Shown here: piece by piece, positions 63,941 to 64,000 of the stretch
Layout of the letters: each line of letters opens with the position of its first letter
Numbering within the stretch: the stretch's first letter is position 1
From: an uncultured Eubacteriales bacterium
GTDB taxonomy: Bacteria > Bacillota > Clostridia > Oscillospirales > Oscillospiraceae
Reading direction: 5' to 3'
Length of the DNA stretch: 64,000 nucleotides
NCBI GenBank assembly: GCA_900545925.1
Contig: URAZ01000001.1
Span: 42,614-106,613, forward strand
Translations under genes and position numbers: made by a program
Notes under the pieces: model-generated
Told to the model about the DNA's origin: nothing
Seen by the model: the letters and a program-made list of their open reading frames with translations, nothing else
Database searches by the model: none

Positions 63941-64000
63941 ACTATCACTCTTATTTCGCTTTCGTTGAAAACAGGCAAAAGCAGCATTGGGGCGCTGTTT

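Overview
High-GC (about 60%) Firmicutes/Clostridia-type chromosomal segment, probably Oscillospiraceae/Ruminococcaceae-like. This is inferred from the gene content (spoIVB, ytfI/ytfJ, scpAB, PFOR, ClpE) and from the AGGAGG-type ribosome-binding sites. The window is mostly housekeeping.

Main contents:
- A complete shikimate-pathway operon aroF-tyrA-aroB-aroA-aroC-aroE/K-aroQ (3058-9938), with translationally coupled overlapping stop/start codons.
- Upstream of that operon, an apparently unannotated 16-codon Tyr/Phe-rich leader ORF followed by an intrinsic terminator. This looks like a ribosome-mediated attenuator and is the most interesting signal in the window.
- nadE, a TAXI-TRAP transporter pair, GNAT and EamA genes.
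- ispD-ispF, murD, RNase P RNA, clpE, truA, comM/yifB.
- Pyruvate:ferredoxin oxidoreductase with a TTG start.
- A large lipoprotein, gap, and a MacB-like fused ABC transporter.
- A glycoside-utilisation locus (GH13, GH1, GH36, GPH symporter).
- A zinc-ribbon membrane protein.
- An unusual esterase (alpha/beta-hydrolase) fused to an HxxxDG acyltransferase.
- tRNA-Ser(GGA) and tRNA-Gln(CTG).
- A sporulation/segregation cluster (rsuA, dacF-like, ytfJ, ytfI, scpB, scpA, M50 protease).
- A 1123-aa secreted papain-like protease, then TetR, DegV, SpoIVB.
- D-aminoacylase, glgP and malQ.

Non-genic structure:
- A family of at least five REP-like palindromes with core GGGGCCGATG-N4-CATCGGCCCC.
- A perfect 2 x 52 bp tandem duplication spanning the 3' end of the TRAP permease gene.
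- Several consensus sigma-70-like promoters, some with adjacent palindromes.

No CRISPR array, transposase, integrase or defence island was recognised. Many very long antisense ORFs are present; they are GC3 shadow ORFs and are rejected.
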